Positions 34,780-48,506 of a DNA stretch of 64,000 nt are shown in pieces. Source of the stretch: Octopus sinensis (Eukaryota); assembly GCF_006345805.1 (NCBI RefSeq), contig NW_021836128.1:1-64000 (forward strand), given 5' to 3'. Position 1 is the first letter of the stretch. Every line of letters begins with the position of its first letter. The notes under the pieces are model-generated. The model made no database searches. It was not told where the DNA came from and worked only from the letters and a program-made list of their open reading frames with translations. Both the position numbers and the translations under genes were made by a program.

Positions 34780-36260
34780 CTAATTTTTTTAAAACCGACT
34801 GCTAGGAATTCCTCGTCGTTTGGCCATTTTCTTTTTTGAGACATTTTTAAAGCAGCTCGAAGAGTATTTATTCTTGCCTCCTCCTGTTCTTTTTGCAGAA
34901 CATTCATTGGATTAAGACTATCTTCCATCACATTGTCTATTGTGTAATTGTTACTCAAGATCTCGTCCTATTTTTATCAAATTAGAGGTTACAGAATCGT
35001 CGTCGAAAGCCAACAAGCTTTGATAATCTTCAAGGCAAACTTCATTCGGATATTTGGCTCCGATAAAAATTTCGAATGGTATTTTTCTTGTTGTCTCGTG
35101 AATGGTGTTGTTGTACATGAATACAATTCGTTTATTATTATAAAGCACTTTCGGAAAAGTCATAAGTTAATTAAGCTTTCCTTGTGCCACCATTGAAATT
35201 CTCCCGGTCATGCGTCTCCAGGCTCTCCGGTCAGTTGCGATCGTCCTGAGTGAGTCGAGATCATCGCCATTTTTCAGTTTTTTATTAATTCCAGCTAGAT
35301 CTTCATTTAGCGTGGTAGCCAGAGTGACCCTGGGTCTTCCACGGAAGTCTCCTTTGGAATGGGCGAAGTAGTTTTCCATCGCGATATTCGGCGGAGTGAG
35401 GCTGTCAAGTCTTAATATGTGTCCAAAGAGTCGCCATCTGGACTCCAGGATGTCCATAGAGATCGGTCTCGAATTGCATCTTTTGTATAGGGTGGAATTT
35501 GCTATTTTCCTTGAGAATTGCATGTTTATCACTCTTCTCAGTTGGTTCCGATGAAATCGGTCCAAATTGTTCATATCGGTCTTACTGATTCCCCACGTCG
35601 ATCCATTGTACATTAGGACTGGGACAACAAATGTGTTGTATATTTTAAGTTTTGAATACAATTCGAATACAATTCGTTTAAGGCAGGTTATACATGAATA
35701 CAATTCGTTTAAGGCAGGTTATACATGAATACAATTCGTTTAAGGCAGGTTAAATAACTGCCAAATTTATTCTCTGAAGCAGTTGTTGACGAAATCCACC
35801 TTTTTATTGATTGATTGAATCTTAATGTTAAATTACCTTGTATTTACCTTTCAACTTGACCTTGTATCCAAGGGCACGAGGTCTACCAAATATCTGTTTA
35901 GTGCCGAACTCGAGGCACATCGCATGCATTTTGGAATTTGTAAATTCTCTACCATTGTCGGTATGCAGTTGGTGGTTGATATGCATAAAAAATTTTCCGA
36001 AACAATTCAGTAATCTCTTCTCCATTTTTTGTCACTTTTTGAAGAATACCGCCTAAGATCTATTAGATCCGCGGTATATCTATCGCGCGGATTTTTAGCA
36101 ATGATTGGAGTGACTGTAGGTTTAGTAGCCATTGTTTTTTTTGAAAAACAATAGCTACACCGACGAATGATTGCAATAATTTGGTCTCTAGAATTGACAA
36201 AATTGCACGTATTTCACATGTATCGGAATACTTTGATTCGAATTTATTCAACATTAAAAC
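34780..36260 (-). mobile_element. Decayed Ginger/Gypsy-like integrase interrupted by an RTE-like insertion
   Basis: LHTDNGREF, GRPR and YNNTIHETTRKIPFEIF fragments. A TGTCACGATCGG putative terminus lies near 34574. Confidence 0.7.
35135..35721 (-). mobile_element. Short 5'-truncated RTE-like element (second subfamily) with target-derived repeats at its 5' junction
   Basis: ORF 35167-35703 is homologous to the RTE C-terminus (RWRLFGHILR, RGRPRVTL). Short (TAA)n tail. 21-bp TSD TACATGAATACAATTCGTTTA (35114-35134 / 35722-35742). Confidence 0.85.
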
Positions 36261-36479
36261 TGGATTCGTCCCGTAATCCGAACCTTAATGAGATTACAAA
36301 TTAATTTACAACTGTGTCCCCTATGGCATAATTGTATTTACTATAATGCACGCCCATTTTCCTATTCATCTTCTTGTAGTCATCACCACCGATCGGATGT
36401 ATTTCGAAATTAAAAGATGTTTCTGCTGACGATTCTTCAGCTTACTTAAAATATGCCGCTTTCTACAGAGTCGATGATC

Positions 36480-37130
36480 GGTAACAGATTTGTTCCTAGA
36501 ATTCCTCGATAACGCTTGAATGGGATCTCATTCGAAAATGAATGCATTGTTGTATTGTAGCAATACACCGAATATTCGAGAATGGAGACCCATTTATTTT
36601 CATTAGGGCACTTCAACTTTGATAGTGATCTTGTAATTGTCTGATTAAAGCGTTCGACTATCCATTACTAAAACAGGCTTAACTTTATGTGGAAGAGAAA
36701 ACTTGCAGACATCGCACTCTGATATGACTTTTCTTATGAACTCACTTTTCACGATAAACTAATGCCGGCGACAGAGAAATTCAATTTTGTTGACGCCTCC
36801 GTGAGACATCAAGTGTAGAAAACAAGCATGGGTCTTCTCTGCCAGACAGTCCGAAGGAATTACTATTTTTCAATTTTCCCTTTCAAATAAAGTCTTTAAA
36901 TTAAAAAAGATTAATACTTATCATTTTTTGACAAAAATTGGAAGCTTTTTCGGCCAACCGGCGTTTGTTTCGGGCATTCATATCCTCCGTGAATATCCCG
37001 ATTAACGCTTCCTTAATTTGAGTGTATTCGTTAATATTTCTGACGTAACCCTTAAACCTAGGTATAAACAAGTGTTGAAAACCACGCTGTTAAAATTACT
37101 CTACTTTGGGTAAGCCATTTTTAAAAGATA
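36480..37130 (-). mobile_element. Internally deleted Ginger/Gypsy-like integrase, same family as 16-17 kb
   Basis: SHGGVNKIE..KVISECDVCKF joined directly to IVERFNQTIT..SFSNEIPF; the catalytic core is missing. Confidence 0.7.
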
Positions 37131-37639
37131 ATTTAAATGCAATTTTTAATTCGATTTATTGATTAATCTACATTCTTCCATAATAAATTACTATTTTCTG
37201 CAGTTGCCGTAGTAACACGTGAAGGACAGGCTGCCCATAGCGACTTTATTGCCCATGTCACATAATATCTTTTGCAATTTTTCTAAGATGATGACTCAGA
37301 CGAATTTTCTTGAAGGTTCAGAGGGTATCCACCGAAGTAATGAATTTATTAGTTCTGTTTTTATACATAAATGAATTGAGCCTCATTTAAATAAGCCGAG
37401 ATAAGTGGACGAGATAATCACCAGTTGATAGCTGCGAATAAAATGTACTAATATCTACAATTACAGGTATCGGAATTCATCGCTGAATATTTCAATGAGT
37501 TCATAATTGGGATTTTCTCCCTTATTTTAATTATCTTTTGTTTTATATTTTTGTGGTGTATCTTGAAAATTATTTGTCCATTTTTTTGTGTTTTTTGTAA
37601 TAGTTTCTTATAATTTGACTCAAATAGGATATTCCCTCA

Positions 37640-38467
37640 CAGAAGACTCAATGAAAGATTGTGTCGTAAACAAACAAAATTCGATCTGTTCGTTCTTGTG
37701 CCGATTTGTCGATAACAGTAATGAAAATTTATTGATTTGCCCATTTCTTGGATCCTTGATGGTGCTATTTAGGGTATATCTCAATGTTTAATTCATCAGA
37801 TGAAGGCAAAGACTTGTTTCGTCTTACTGAAAGGACTGCAACTGGATCCATCAGCTGTAAAACTAATTTTACAAATAGCCCAAATATTCACTCTTCTGCC
37901 AGAATAATTAATCAAGGTCAATTTTTGTAATTTTTTGTAGATGTCGTTAAATTTTACACCAATTTTTCGACAATTTTGATATCACGAAATGAAAAAGTCA
38001 CATTTTATTGTTCCGGATTTGTCCACGCTGCCATTGTAAACCAATGCCAATTTCAATTTCTTTTCGATTCTAAGCCAATAAATGAATCCCATGTTTATAA
38101 TTTAAATATCAACTCTAACAACTCTGGGTATGTTTTGTTATATATTTTTAGTCTACTCACAATCAACACATCAAACGTGTTGGAGAATGAGACATTGTCA
38201 GGACACTACCAATGTTCCATCAACTGTCCTGCACTTGGTCTGAATTACTTATCCAAAGAGACAATGGTTTCTTATGGTCCTGAAAATACTGCTTATACCA
38301 TTGTAATCGAATATACGGCTCGTACTGCGTGGTATTTCAATATTGGAGCCACGGTTCTGTTCGGCATATCACTGATACTTTTTGTCCTGTTTGCGTGTCG
38401 TTGGAAGCGGACTACACCTGCAGGTTTGAGATGGTTTATCAGACTAATAGATCTGAACTCTATGTGA
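37640..38467 (+). CDS. Putative single-pass membrane protein with Ig-like fold
   Basis: VTFYC..LTI..SGHYQC spacing, then hydrophobic IGATVLFGISLILFVLFAC and basic RWKR. Short GT-AG introns upstream. Confidence 0.5.
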
Positions 38468-39837
38468 AACATTGAACTTGTAGATTCTCCTCCAAAGTAA
38501 AAAATCATTTAATTATTATTTAGTGCTGCCGATTTAAGAAATATGTACGGACTTGACGAACGAGGATAGTTTTAATAGTGTTCAATCAATAATTCTTTAT
38601 TAATTAAAGTCATAAAGTTTTGGTAATTGGGCACTTTCTTCAGGTTAATTTGCAGTCATCAGCTACATTTATAACTGTTGATTGCATGCTTAGTATGCTG
38701 GCACAGCAGCTAAGAGCAGCGTAAAAGACCCATTGCTGTTGTAAAGCATCGTCATAATTACAGTGGGGCAAATAAGTCATGGCACACCTATCATTTTTTT
38801 TAATTCAATATATTTTTACAATGATAACTTTTTCGATTTAGTTCATCATGCTACACAATAAAATCTTGCATTCTTTTGAACCCATTTCGTGCTAATTATA
38901 TTCATGAATTTCAAATAAATATAATTGTTTTTGCTTCATATTTATAAAAACGTCAAATTTGATGTGTAAAAAAGTGATGACACTATCAAAAAATATGGAG
39001 CATCGTCATAATTATTTCCACTCGGGTCGATATTGTTAGCATCAGGCTAATGTATTAGAAGTTAAGGTTTTTACTTATTCATACTTCGGTGATCTTCCAA
39101 GCATTAGATACATGAGCCTTCAAAAAAGCCATCGGAGGAACTCTAAAAGCACGAAGGATCCTCCTTGTATTTATCGTGGCCTGCGGCTTTTTTAAAAAAG
39201 TCGAAAGCCAAGATACGGCTGAGAGTGAAATCGAGACGAGAAGAGGCAGGGTAGTAAAGATAAAATACTGCTTAGCAAATCATTGATTGAATAAAGTAAA
39301 TAAAAATTATTTATTCACTTTTTGGGTGAACATTAAAAAAATTTGTGAATCATCACACAGAATGCATGAAAGGGGCAGAAAACAGAGACAGGGCAGTCCA
39401 GTCATTCCGAGCTGTCTCCAGGTTCAAGGCGTTTTCGAGGAGTCCTCCGTGTCATTCCGTGTCAATTTGGCAGTGCCTAACCTTAAAGGCCAGTCTATTC
39501 TCAATCTATCGGGCTATATTTCTTCCAATCTTTCGTTTGCTCGTCAATTCGGGAGTAGTATCCTTGACTAATTGCTGGAGGGAGACCGAGTTGTTCTCAC
39601 TGCCGGAGTGACTGAGGAAGAACGTGCCATTATGGAGGCTTCGGACGGGGGTCCTGTTTTTGACGTCGGACTGGTCGAAGGGTGATTTGTGTTTGTTCTA
39701 TCGAAGCATCAGGGAGACGAACATGAAGGACAGTCGTGGGAAGACTGAGGAGGTAATGGTTTGTCCTCAAGAGTAGCCCATTTTCACGTGCTTGTATAAT
39801 GGAGTGTCCATGACTCTACAACAACTACTATCTACTA

Positions 39838-41879
39838 TCCATTAATTTTCTCTCGAGTAACGTGTAAAAATAAATAAAGATAAAGCTTGACTAAAAAATT
39901 AAACACCGAGGAAGTACATAATGAGTTACTTTTCTTAAAATGGACTTAAATCAAAAGTTAGTTCTTTGACAATACAGGAAAGTCAATATGAGTTACAGCA
40001 ATCGTGCCTTATCTTGTGCTATCCTGCGTAAAGAGATGTTGGAAGAGATATCACTGTATTTGTACTCGGTGAAGATAAGCCAACCAAAAAATAAATAAAG
40101 GGAAATCAAATAATAGAAATTGTTGTATTTAATAAAATGAGAATTCGGCATACAATAAAAGTATAAAAAACATTAATAATCATTAAGTAATGTTGTTTGA
40201 GTAATAGCACTTAAAAAACATTAAAAATAAATTATTAAATTGTCTGAAAAATAAAATTATAAATAGGTCAAATCAAGAATCTATTTGACCACTGGAATTC
40301 AAAAATTAGGTCATTATTTTAAATTATAGACAAAGGAATAATACATATCGCAATATTGGGAGAAACAAACTCATAACCAACAATTTTTTAATTCATGGAA
40401 GGTTCTGAGCAAATATTAATATGCATCAAGTCCTTGAATAAAAATAATACTTATTTGCAATAAAAGAACATGCGACAAGTTGACGCAGTTAATTAAGCAA
40501 TGTGAATTTATACAGTTTTAGGTTTACCATTTAATAGGCTAAACTCAATAATATAAATAAATATATAATTTAAGTTTTTTAAATGTGCGTGGAAGAATCA
40601 TGTTGATTTTAAATGAATGTAATAATACCATTATTATACACTTGTCTGTGAAAAGTCCCATTGAGTTGAGAAGTAGTTAATGTGGCTTAATTATTTTCAA
40701 TTTACAGATTTACTTCCAATTCGTTCAAATGGCGGCAAAAGATTGTCAACTTTACCAAGACCGGTTTTTCGCGAATTGAAAATTGATGGAATGACATAAA
40801 ATTGTACCATTATTCATAATTCTGAGAAATATTTTAATCAAGATAAATCAATTTTATCCATCTGGAAAATACTTCGAGCTTGACCTTATACTTTTGGTAT
40901 AGATTCTCCCTCTTCGCCCAATGAGGAAGTTAGTCATCCACTTTTTTAGGATGGAGGGGATTTTGCTGAGAAATATTTTCCTAGTCAGTATTTTCTTAGG
41001 CACGGAGTCGAAAGTCTTGTGAATGTCCACCGGACACATAACCGCCTTTTCCCTCTTGAACCAGGGCTCCTATTGCTACTTGCCCAAGGTTTTTCAACAG
41101 AATTATAGAAATTCCGTCATGTCCACAAAAACCCGTCCTTCTTAAATTTTGGATAGCCGGAGATATGGAAATATTCAAATAAATAATCAATCACATTAAT
41201 GTCAAAGAAAATTCTTCATAGCTGTCCATTTCAGGATTAAGATACCAATGGAGATTAAAATCGAGGAGGTCATTTTACAGAGGACCAAATCTTACTGCTT
41301 GACATGTATCTCTCCGAAATCAAGTAAATATTTTTGACCCATTTGTGAATATGCACATTTTATTGTCTTCATGAATACTATACAGTCAGTAATTTAAAAT
41401 ACTAAAAGTAGAAGGGGCGACTGATTTTTGGCGATCGAAAAATAGCATTTGATAGCATGTAACATTAATTTTAAATAAGATTTATATAGTTCTGATAATC
41501 AGACTAAAAGTGCAAAAGCATCTACATTCAGGTAAAGAAGATTACTATAGTAATTCAGTGATCTAATGATTCAAAATATTTGAATATACATATCGTATAA
41601 TTAACAATTTTAAATCTCCTTCAATAATTATTCTTCTGTCAGTCGATCTTACTAAGACCTTTAATCACATTTCAAGACATTTTTTGAGTACTAAAATTGC
41701 TATGACTGATATTCCAACAACTCTGAAACGTCGGCTTTTTAGAATTATTCGTATGTACTAATAATATAATCGATATTCTCCCTTACAAGAAATGTTTGAA
41801 TATAAATTGTTATAATAAGAAAAAAAATGTATAACCAAATATTTAAATCTTCTAAATAATAACTGGAAATGTTGAAATA
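39838..41879 (+). repeat. Segmental duplication block A, copy 2 (lacks the RTE insertion)
   Basis: Matches 1735-2059 plus 3487-5194. Confidence 0.9.
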
Positions 41880-43031
41880 AGGGCTTATCTAGGAAAACTC
41901 TATAATTTTGTTAATTTTGTCACCTGACAATATATTTAAGAATAAATATTTTGTTATTAATGAATGGAAAAAGTATTTTTATCACTCATTGTTTTATCAT
42001 TTGTACAAATTACTGCTTATCTACAATTACTGAACAAATCATATTATCAAGTTTACAATCCTCATGGAAAAAAAAATATATTCCTAAGAATAAATTTATG
42101 AAGATTCACCATGAATGTAGACCTTAATGTATTTTTCTAAGATGTTTTTTAGAACATTTCTTAAAATAATTAATGATTCATTATGTCTGTTTTTAGAGTA
42201 TTCCGGGATTATTTTGTAAAGAAATAGCCCTGTCAGAATAACAGAAAACTGGGCGTTACCTTGATTACGAGCCTTCTTTCGTAAGAAAGTTCTAAAAGGG
42301 TGATAAATTAGTGACCAGACCTTTCAGGAGAATTCAAATTAAAGTTGTTCATTTGAAAATAAAATACAAAAATTGAAATTTTTGATGCATAATTTTCTAG
42401 AAAGAACAAAATCACAAAAAACTATTCATTTGATGTCCCGACTTAAATATTATCCAATCTTTGTTAGAAAGCGGAACAAGACAAATGCATAAATCGTCAT
42501 TTTCAAGCGTATATGAAAAACATCTCCAAGCTAAATTTTGTGATTCGCTATAAGTAATCTAAACAAAATTCAATACAATTCATACATTATTAGATAACGA
42601 AACAAGTCTTTTAATGAAGTTTGTTATTTCTGTGTAATTTTCTTCATGAATTTTAATTTCAATTGGAATTGATTCTCTAAGTGATTATATTAACAATAGG
42701 AATAAATTATCGTTGTTCTTTTCGAAAACTATAAATTTAAAAGTATTATTTCAACCAGTGTAAGAATGAAAAGATAATTCAATAAAATCAGATCTATACA
42801 AAACACTCATAATGTTGAATTCGCGAGAAAAAAGAGTTATCAGTGGTTCAGATTTGTTATCAATATGACACGAAAATTCCTTGCTACAAACATAATACAA
42901 ATAGGTCACATTTTCTTTTGATTAGTTGTCAACAAATAATATGCAGAAAATAAAGAAATGAAGCATTCACGGTCAGTATTGTAAATCTAAAAAATATAAA
43001 ACTCAAAATTTACATAACTATTATAAGAATG

Positions 43032-43178
43032 TCTGCCATCACAGGCGACGCCCGCGAATCGAGATGGTTTTTCGAGCGGATATCCCTTGCGATAGTGCGC
43101 TCTAATTCTTTCTCGATCGCGTCGGCTTCCCGCCCATGAAGCTTTTAATTAATTAACTTGTAATTATATACTTGTTTC
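43032..43178 (+). mobile_element. 147-bp CRE-like 3' fragment with TSD
   Basis: SAITGDARESRWFFERISLAIVRSN..SASRP*; 11-bp TSD TTATAAGAATG (43021-43031 / 43179-43189); no poly(A). Confidence 0.8.
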
Positions 43179-43558
43179 TTATAAGAATGATCTTTAAAAT
43201 ATCGATTAAAATCATGCTTGAATTCGAACCAAAGTTCCGAAATAAATATTGAGTTTATCCATCAATATGACGATGTAAAAAATATTGAACTACTATAAAT
43301 TCGTCATTAATAGATAGAAATTGTTGATCGTCGGTGGATATCTTTAGTTTTGTCATTTTTATAGCATACATGTTTAAGAAGACACATATGGATGTGGTTT
43401 TTTTTACTTGAACAAAGAAAAAACCTGTCACTAGTTACTCTTACTCTTAGAAATACGATTAAGAAAAAATTTACCTAATAATTAGATCTCTCATTTTTAA
43501 AAAGAAATTATGTGTAGAAAAGGAATCTTCGTTCATATCGAGTATCCATTTCCAAGTA

Positions 43559-45478
43559 CAGTCGAACCCCGCCCCAACAAAAACCCCGCCTTGGGGCACC
43601 CTCGATTTTTGGGGCACCCTCGGTTTTTGGGGCGATTTTATTTTTTAGTACATTTTTTAGCAATAATTTCCAAATTTGGAAATTATCAAGACCCCACTAT
43701 GGGGCACTTTACTAATTTATTTTAATATTATTACATAATATTTTTTTGAATAATATTATTTTTGAACATTTGATACTTATCTTTGTTTAATGCCTTCCAA
43801 GATTTTTATTGAAAAAAAAATTAAAATTGCAAAGTGTCTACAAACTTCTTCTGAAAGAGAAGTTGCAAAAAAATTCAAGATAAGCAAAGGCACTATTTCC
43901 CGAATATAAAAAATATTTCTTCTTTCATTAATACCGGATCAGTCATTTCAAGATTAGTTCAAATAGATGAAGTTGAACAAGCTTCTAATGAAACAAATCA
44001 ATTTGAAAAACTTGACGAATTAACTTTTAATGCTTTTCGTCGATTGAGGGAAGATTCCTTTTCTATTTCGGGTACATTAATCAAAGCCATCGCGAAAAAA
44101 ATATTGACAAAACTGGATTCTCGAACACCTTTTAAAGCCTCAAACGGTTGGCTAGACAGATTTAATAAGAGACATGATCTGGTTTTTAAAACTATTTCTG
44201 GTGAAAAAAATTCAGCAGACAAAAGTTTTTCTTTCAATTTGATAATTTATTAAAAACCTATGGTCATGAAAATATTTTTAATTGCGATGAAAGATCTTTG
44301 TATGTTAAAAAATTTCCTTCAAGATCTTATGTCGAATCGATAGAAGCATGTCATGGTACAAAATTCAGTAAAGAAAGAGTAACAGTCCTCCTTTGCTGTA
44401 ATGCAGCAGGAAAAAAATTAAGACCTCTTGTTATTGGAAAATACAAATCACTTCGCTGTATGAAAAGTTGACTTAATTATATTTGAAAATAGATTTTGAT
44501 TGTGGAAAATTCGGTATTTTATATGCAGCGTCAAAAAATTCCTGGATGAACAGAGAAATTTTCCAAATGTGGCTATCAAAGATTAACGACGACTTTCTCT
44601 CACAAGATAGAAAAATAATTTTAATAATGGATAATGCTAAATGCCATTCTTTATTGGAATACTCAAATGTTAAATTGTTTTTTCCTCCAAAAAACACATC
44701 TTTGATTCAACCTCTAGACATGGGTATAATAAACTGTTTTAAAGTATATTACGCAAACTTTTTAATGGACTTTATGTTCGATTTGAAAGAAGATACAACA
44801 ATTAATCCTAAATCTTTGAAAAATATAGGTATGCGACAGATTATGGTACTTGTTAGAAAAGCGTGGATGGAAGTTAAAGAAACAACACTAATTAATTGTT
44901 GGAAAAAAATTGAGGAAAATAGAGAAGAATTAATTGAAGATAAAAATTGCGGGAAGAAGTCCTGGAAGAAATAATAACCGAAATAATATCTGAAGAAAAT
45001 GAAGATCTAGTCAAAAGTCGCGAATTTTATAATGGAACTGGGATAGAGGACAAAACAGCGATATTAGAAACGTATGAAATGATGGATAAGTTGGAAAATG
45101 TAGCGCAAAATACATCTTTCGAGACACTCCAAAAATATTACGAGTTTGGATTTCAACTTGGAAAAGATTTAAGAAATATGAAAAATTTGAAATTGACTGA
45201 TTATTTCAAAAAAATTTTTTAAAAATAATGATTTATTTTAATCAAAATCAAATTAAAAAACAGAATAGAAATCTATCAAACTATAGAGCAAAAAAGCACA
45301 ACTTATTGTATTATCGGCATATAAACACTTTGAGAGATGTGAAAGAGTTCTTTGTTCGCAAAGTAAACCAAAATTTAAGTTAAATAAACTATAATTCAAT
45401 AGTTTGAACCAGACCCCTGTTTGGAAGGGCACCCCCGCTATTTGGGGCACTTTGGTGCCCCACCCCGGGGTTAGACTA
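43559..45478 (+). mobile_element. Near full-length pogo/Tigger transposon, transposase frameshifted
   Basis: Imperfect TIRs CAGTCGAACCCCG / CGGGGTTAGACTA with TA flanks. HTH, FKASNGWLDRF, WMN..F, MDNA..H and QPLDMGII (DDE_1) fragments. Confidence 0.88.
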
Positions 45479-48400
45479 TATATTTTTTAATGCATTTGTC
45501 TGAAAATTCCATTAAGGCCGATTTTTGCGCAAAATCATTTATTATCCTCGAGTCATCATGTAATCTAACATTTTTCTGAACTTTTATTACCTAAGGATCA
45601 GAGTATCCAGAGGTCTAGAAGTTGAAATAAACTCATTTTCTGTAATTTCAAGAGTACAGATTAATTCACTTGTGATCTAAAAATGCGTTGCCGTTAAAAC
45701 CTCATAGACTTCATCAAATTTTAGTTCAATTGGAAAGTATGGTTTGATTACAAACAAAAATTCATGTGATGTAATATCAGCAAGACATCCACTATTTCTA
45801 TATAATTAAATTATGTTAATTCTCACGAAAATTCAGAGAAAGATTCCACAAATATGTTATTTGTAATTGGATTGAAAAATTTGTTAAACAAAGTAGAAAT
45901 CTGCTCATAATTTCGTTGTTTATTCTCACCAATGAGAAAAAAATTGATGTTTTTTCTAAATTTAAATCAACAAGTAAAAAACGAAAATAATTCCAAATTG
46001 TTTAAAATATAATTCAATGAAGGATTCCTAGATTTGAGAATATATAAAAACTGTTTTTTAAAATGTTTTTTATTCCAAATAAAAATTTTTAAAAAAAATT
46101 TCTTGGAAAGCAAATACAATTTATTTACGTTATTTATTCTGAAAAAATTAAAATAAGTAATACAATAATAATTCTGAATGAATCACACTCCTCACACGAC
46201 TGAAAAAAGTGGAGAATTAATTATCAGTGTTTCATTTTGATAAAAATTAATAAAGTCGCGAGAACCCCAGACACTATATTCTACTTCAAATGTTCTAAAT
46301 ATTATTCTAAAAAACAAGACAATTTCTCGATACTATGTACATATATTGTCAAAATAACAGTCACAATCTCGGAATAACAACAATATAAAATGATTACTAC
46401 TTTATCAACTCCTCCTGAAACAATATAATTATAAGGTTACTCATTTTATACATTCTTCCCAATCGAAAACCCCGTCGACATCGGATAAGAATAAATTCAA
46501 ATAAATTTAAATTTCATACATTAATTTTAAGAGAATCACTTGATCTAAATTTGAAAAATAAATTTATAGCTCATATTCAGCATCCACCAAAACAGTTATT
46601 GGATCATAAATATAACCGACAAGATTTTTTTGAATATTATTTAGAGGTTTCTTAAAAAATTCGGAATGATATAAAACAGATCCAAACGTTCTTCTTGCAA
46701 TGAACTCAAAAAAAGAATTGTTTTTTACTCCATATAATTAGTATTATCAATTGTCACAAATGAGCAGGAAATTTCTAGCTTATTCATAATCAAAAGAAGT
46801 TCGTCAAGCCGACAACACATGGTAGATTCAAGAACACCCTCGGTGATGAAAATAAATGCTAAAATAATTATCATATAAATAGTTTAACTGCTCTTTGAAA
46901 TTTGTGGAAGAAATTTGTGATGATTTGTGATTAAAATAGACAAAAAACCCAACAAAATACAAATAAGGATAGCATTATGTAATTTCTCGGCACTTTTCTC
47001 ACATTATTTATAAAGCAGCCAATGGCAAGCATACAAACAACGATCAAAGCCCTATAAATAAAAGGTTTATAAATACAGATTATTATACATAAACCATGGA
47101 TTTTGATTGAGGTAATCCCTTACATTCTCTCTGGTATATTTATGATATAAATTATACTGGAATGTGCAGAAGGATATCACTCCAATAGTATATACTAGCT
47201 CAGCAGTTCGCTTCGCTCACTGCGAGCTAGCTCCTGCGGAGGCCCTGCTCGCTACGCTCGCAGTTTCCTTAAATAACTATAAATTTATGTAGATATATAA
47301 ATGCGACCTGCTTTGATATAACCTTATTCTAAGGCCTGTGGATAAACGATGTTTGCAGTCCGTCCATCCTTGGCAAATATAAATAAATTTCTCTTCTACC
47401 TACCCTTGAGCACCCCACATACAGCTGGCCATGTGAAAAGCACTCGTTCTCTAAAAATAAGCCTACTACCTTTAAAGACTGTCCCTGGGCCTTGTTTATT
47501 GTCATAGCAAAACTTATCTTCAGCGGAAATTGTAGTCTCTTAAATCTATCGCAGGCCCTTTCATGGTCCATAATAACGTCGACCGATTTATATATTCTTT
47601 CTCTGCCAGGGATTTTCATTAATAAATCTAAATTTATATTAAGTACCTCATCATTAAGTGGAGCTAATATAGCTCGTTCACGCAGCCAGTCGAAATTCAC
47701 GTAGTGTTCAGATAGTTCGGAATAGACGGCATTCAATAATTCTTCTGCTGTTTCTACGAAAATACATAATTCTTCCAGTAGCCTAATTTTCTGGTCGTGC
47801 ATTTCTGAAGTGATTGCCCCATTTCCAATATCTAGAAGGATTTGTGGGAATATGCTATTAACGCCTTGTAAATGTGCATGTACATTTACATCTAAGCTTA
47901 CCTTTTTCACGTGTGTCCACAAATATGACGATTTGAGGCAGGCATTCAATTCATCCGCAGGCGTCCCTCTTTGAATAATTGGCAGCGTCTGTCTAAAATC
48001 ACCTGCCAATACAACTAATGCTCCCCCAAACAAATGGTCGCTACAATTCTTGATATCTCTATATGTTCGGTCAACTGCTTGAATGCGCCTTTATGAGCCA
48101 TCGTACATTCATCCCAAACAATTAACCTAGAATGCATAATTCTATTACCCGTAGTTGAGTCTAACAGCAGTCCTGACCTTGTTCAGCTGTTGTCTAAGTT
48201 CCCTCACCATTTAAGCACATCTTCCCTCGTTTCTCTTTTTTTGTTATATGGTTCATATTCTCTTGTTTGTTAACATTCTCAGATCTCTCTTTATAGGACA
48301 TTCTTATGATTTTGTAAACGCGAATCAGTAATTTATATTAAATTTTCTACGTAAATTTATTTAGTGAAATTTATGTAAAGTGTATTATCCAATCAAAGCC

Positions 48401-48506
48401 ATTATACTTAATTGCCTCTATGTTTAAAGGAATTGAAACTTTAGCATAATCGAACTTGTCTGTTTCGGTAAAGAAAATGATAATCAGCTTCATCTTTGTA
48501 GTATTA

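Noticed and set aside
38759-38780. Tc1-like terminus TACAGTGGGGCAAATAAG
   Set aside because: No matching inverted terminus or transposase was found nearby.
39150-39800. GC-richer patches as an intact gene
   Set aside because: A mixture of an RT-like scrap, pieces of the iRhom-like duplicate and an unassignable fragment; no coherent ORF.
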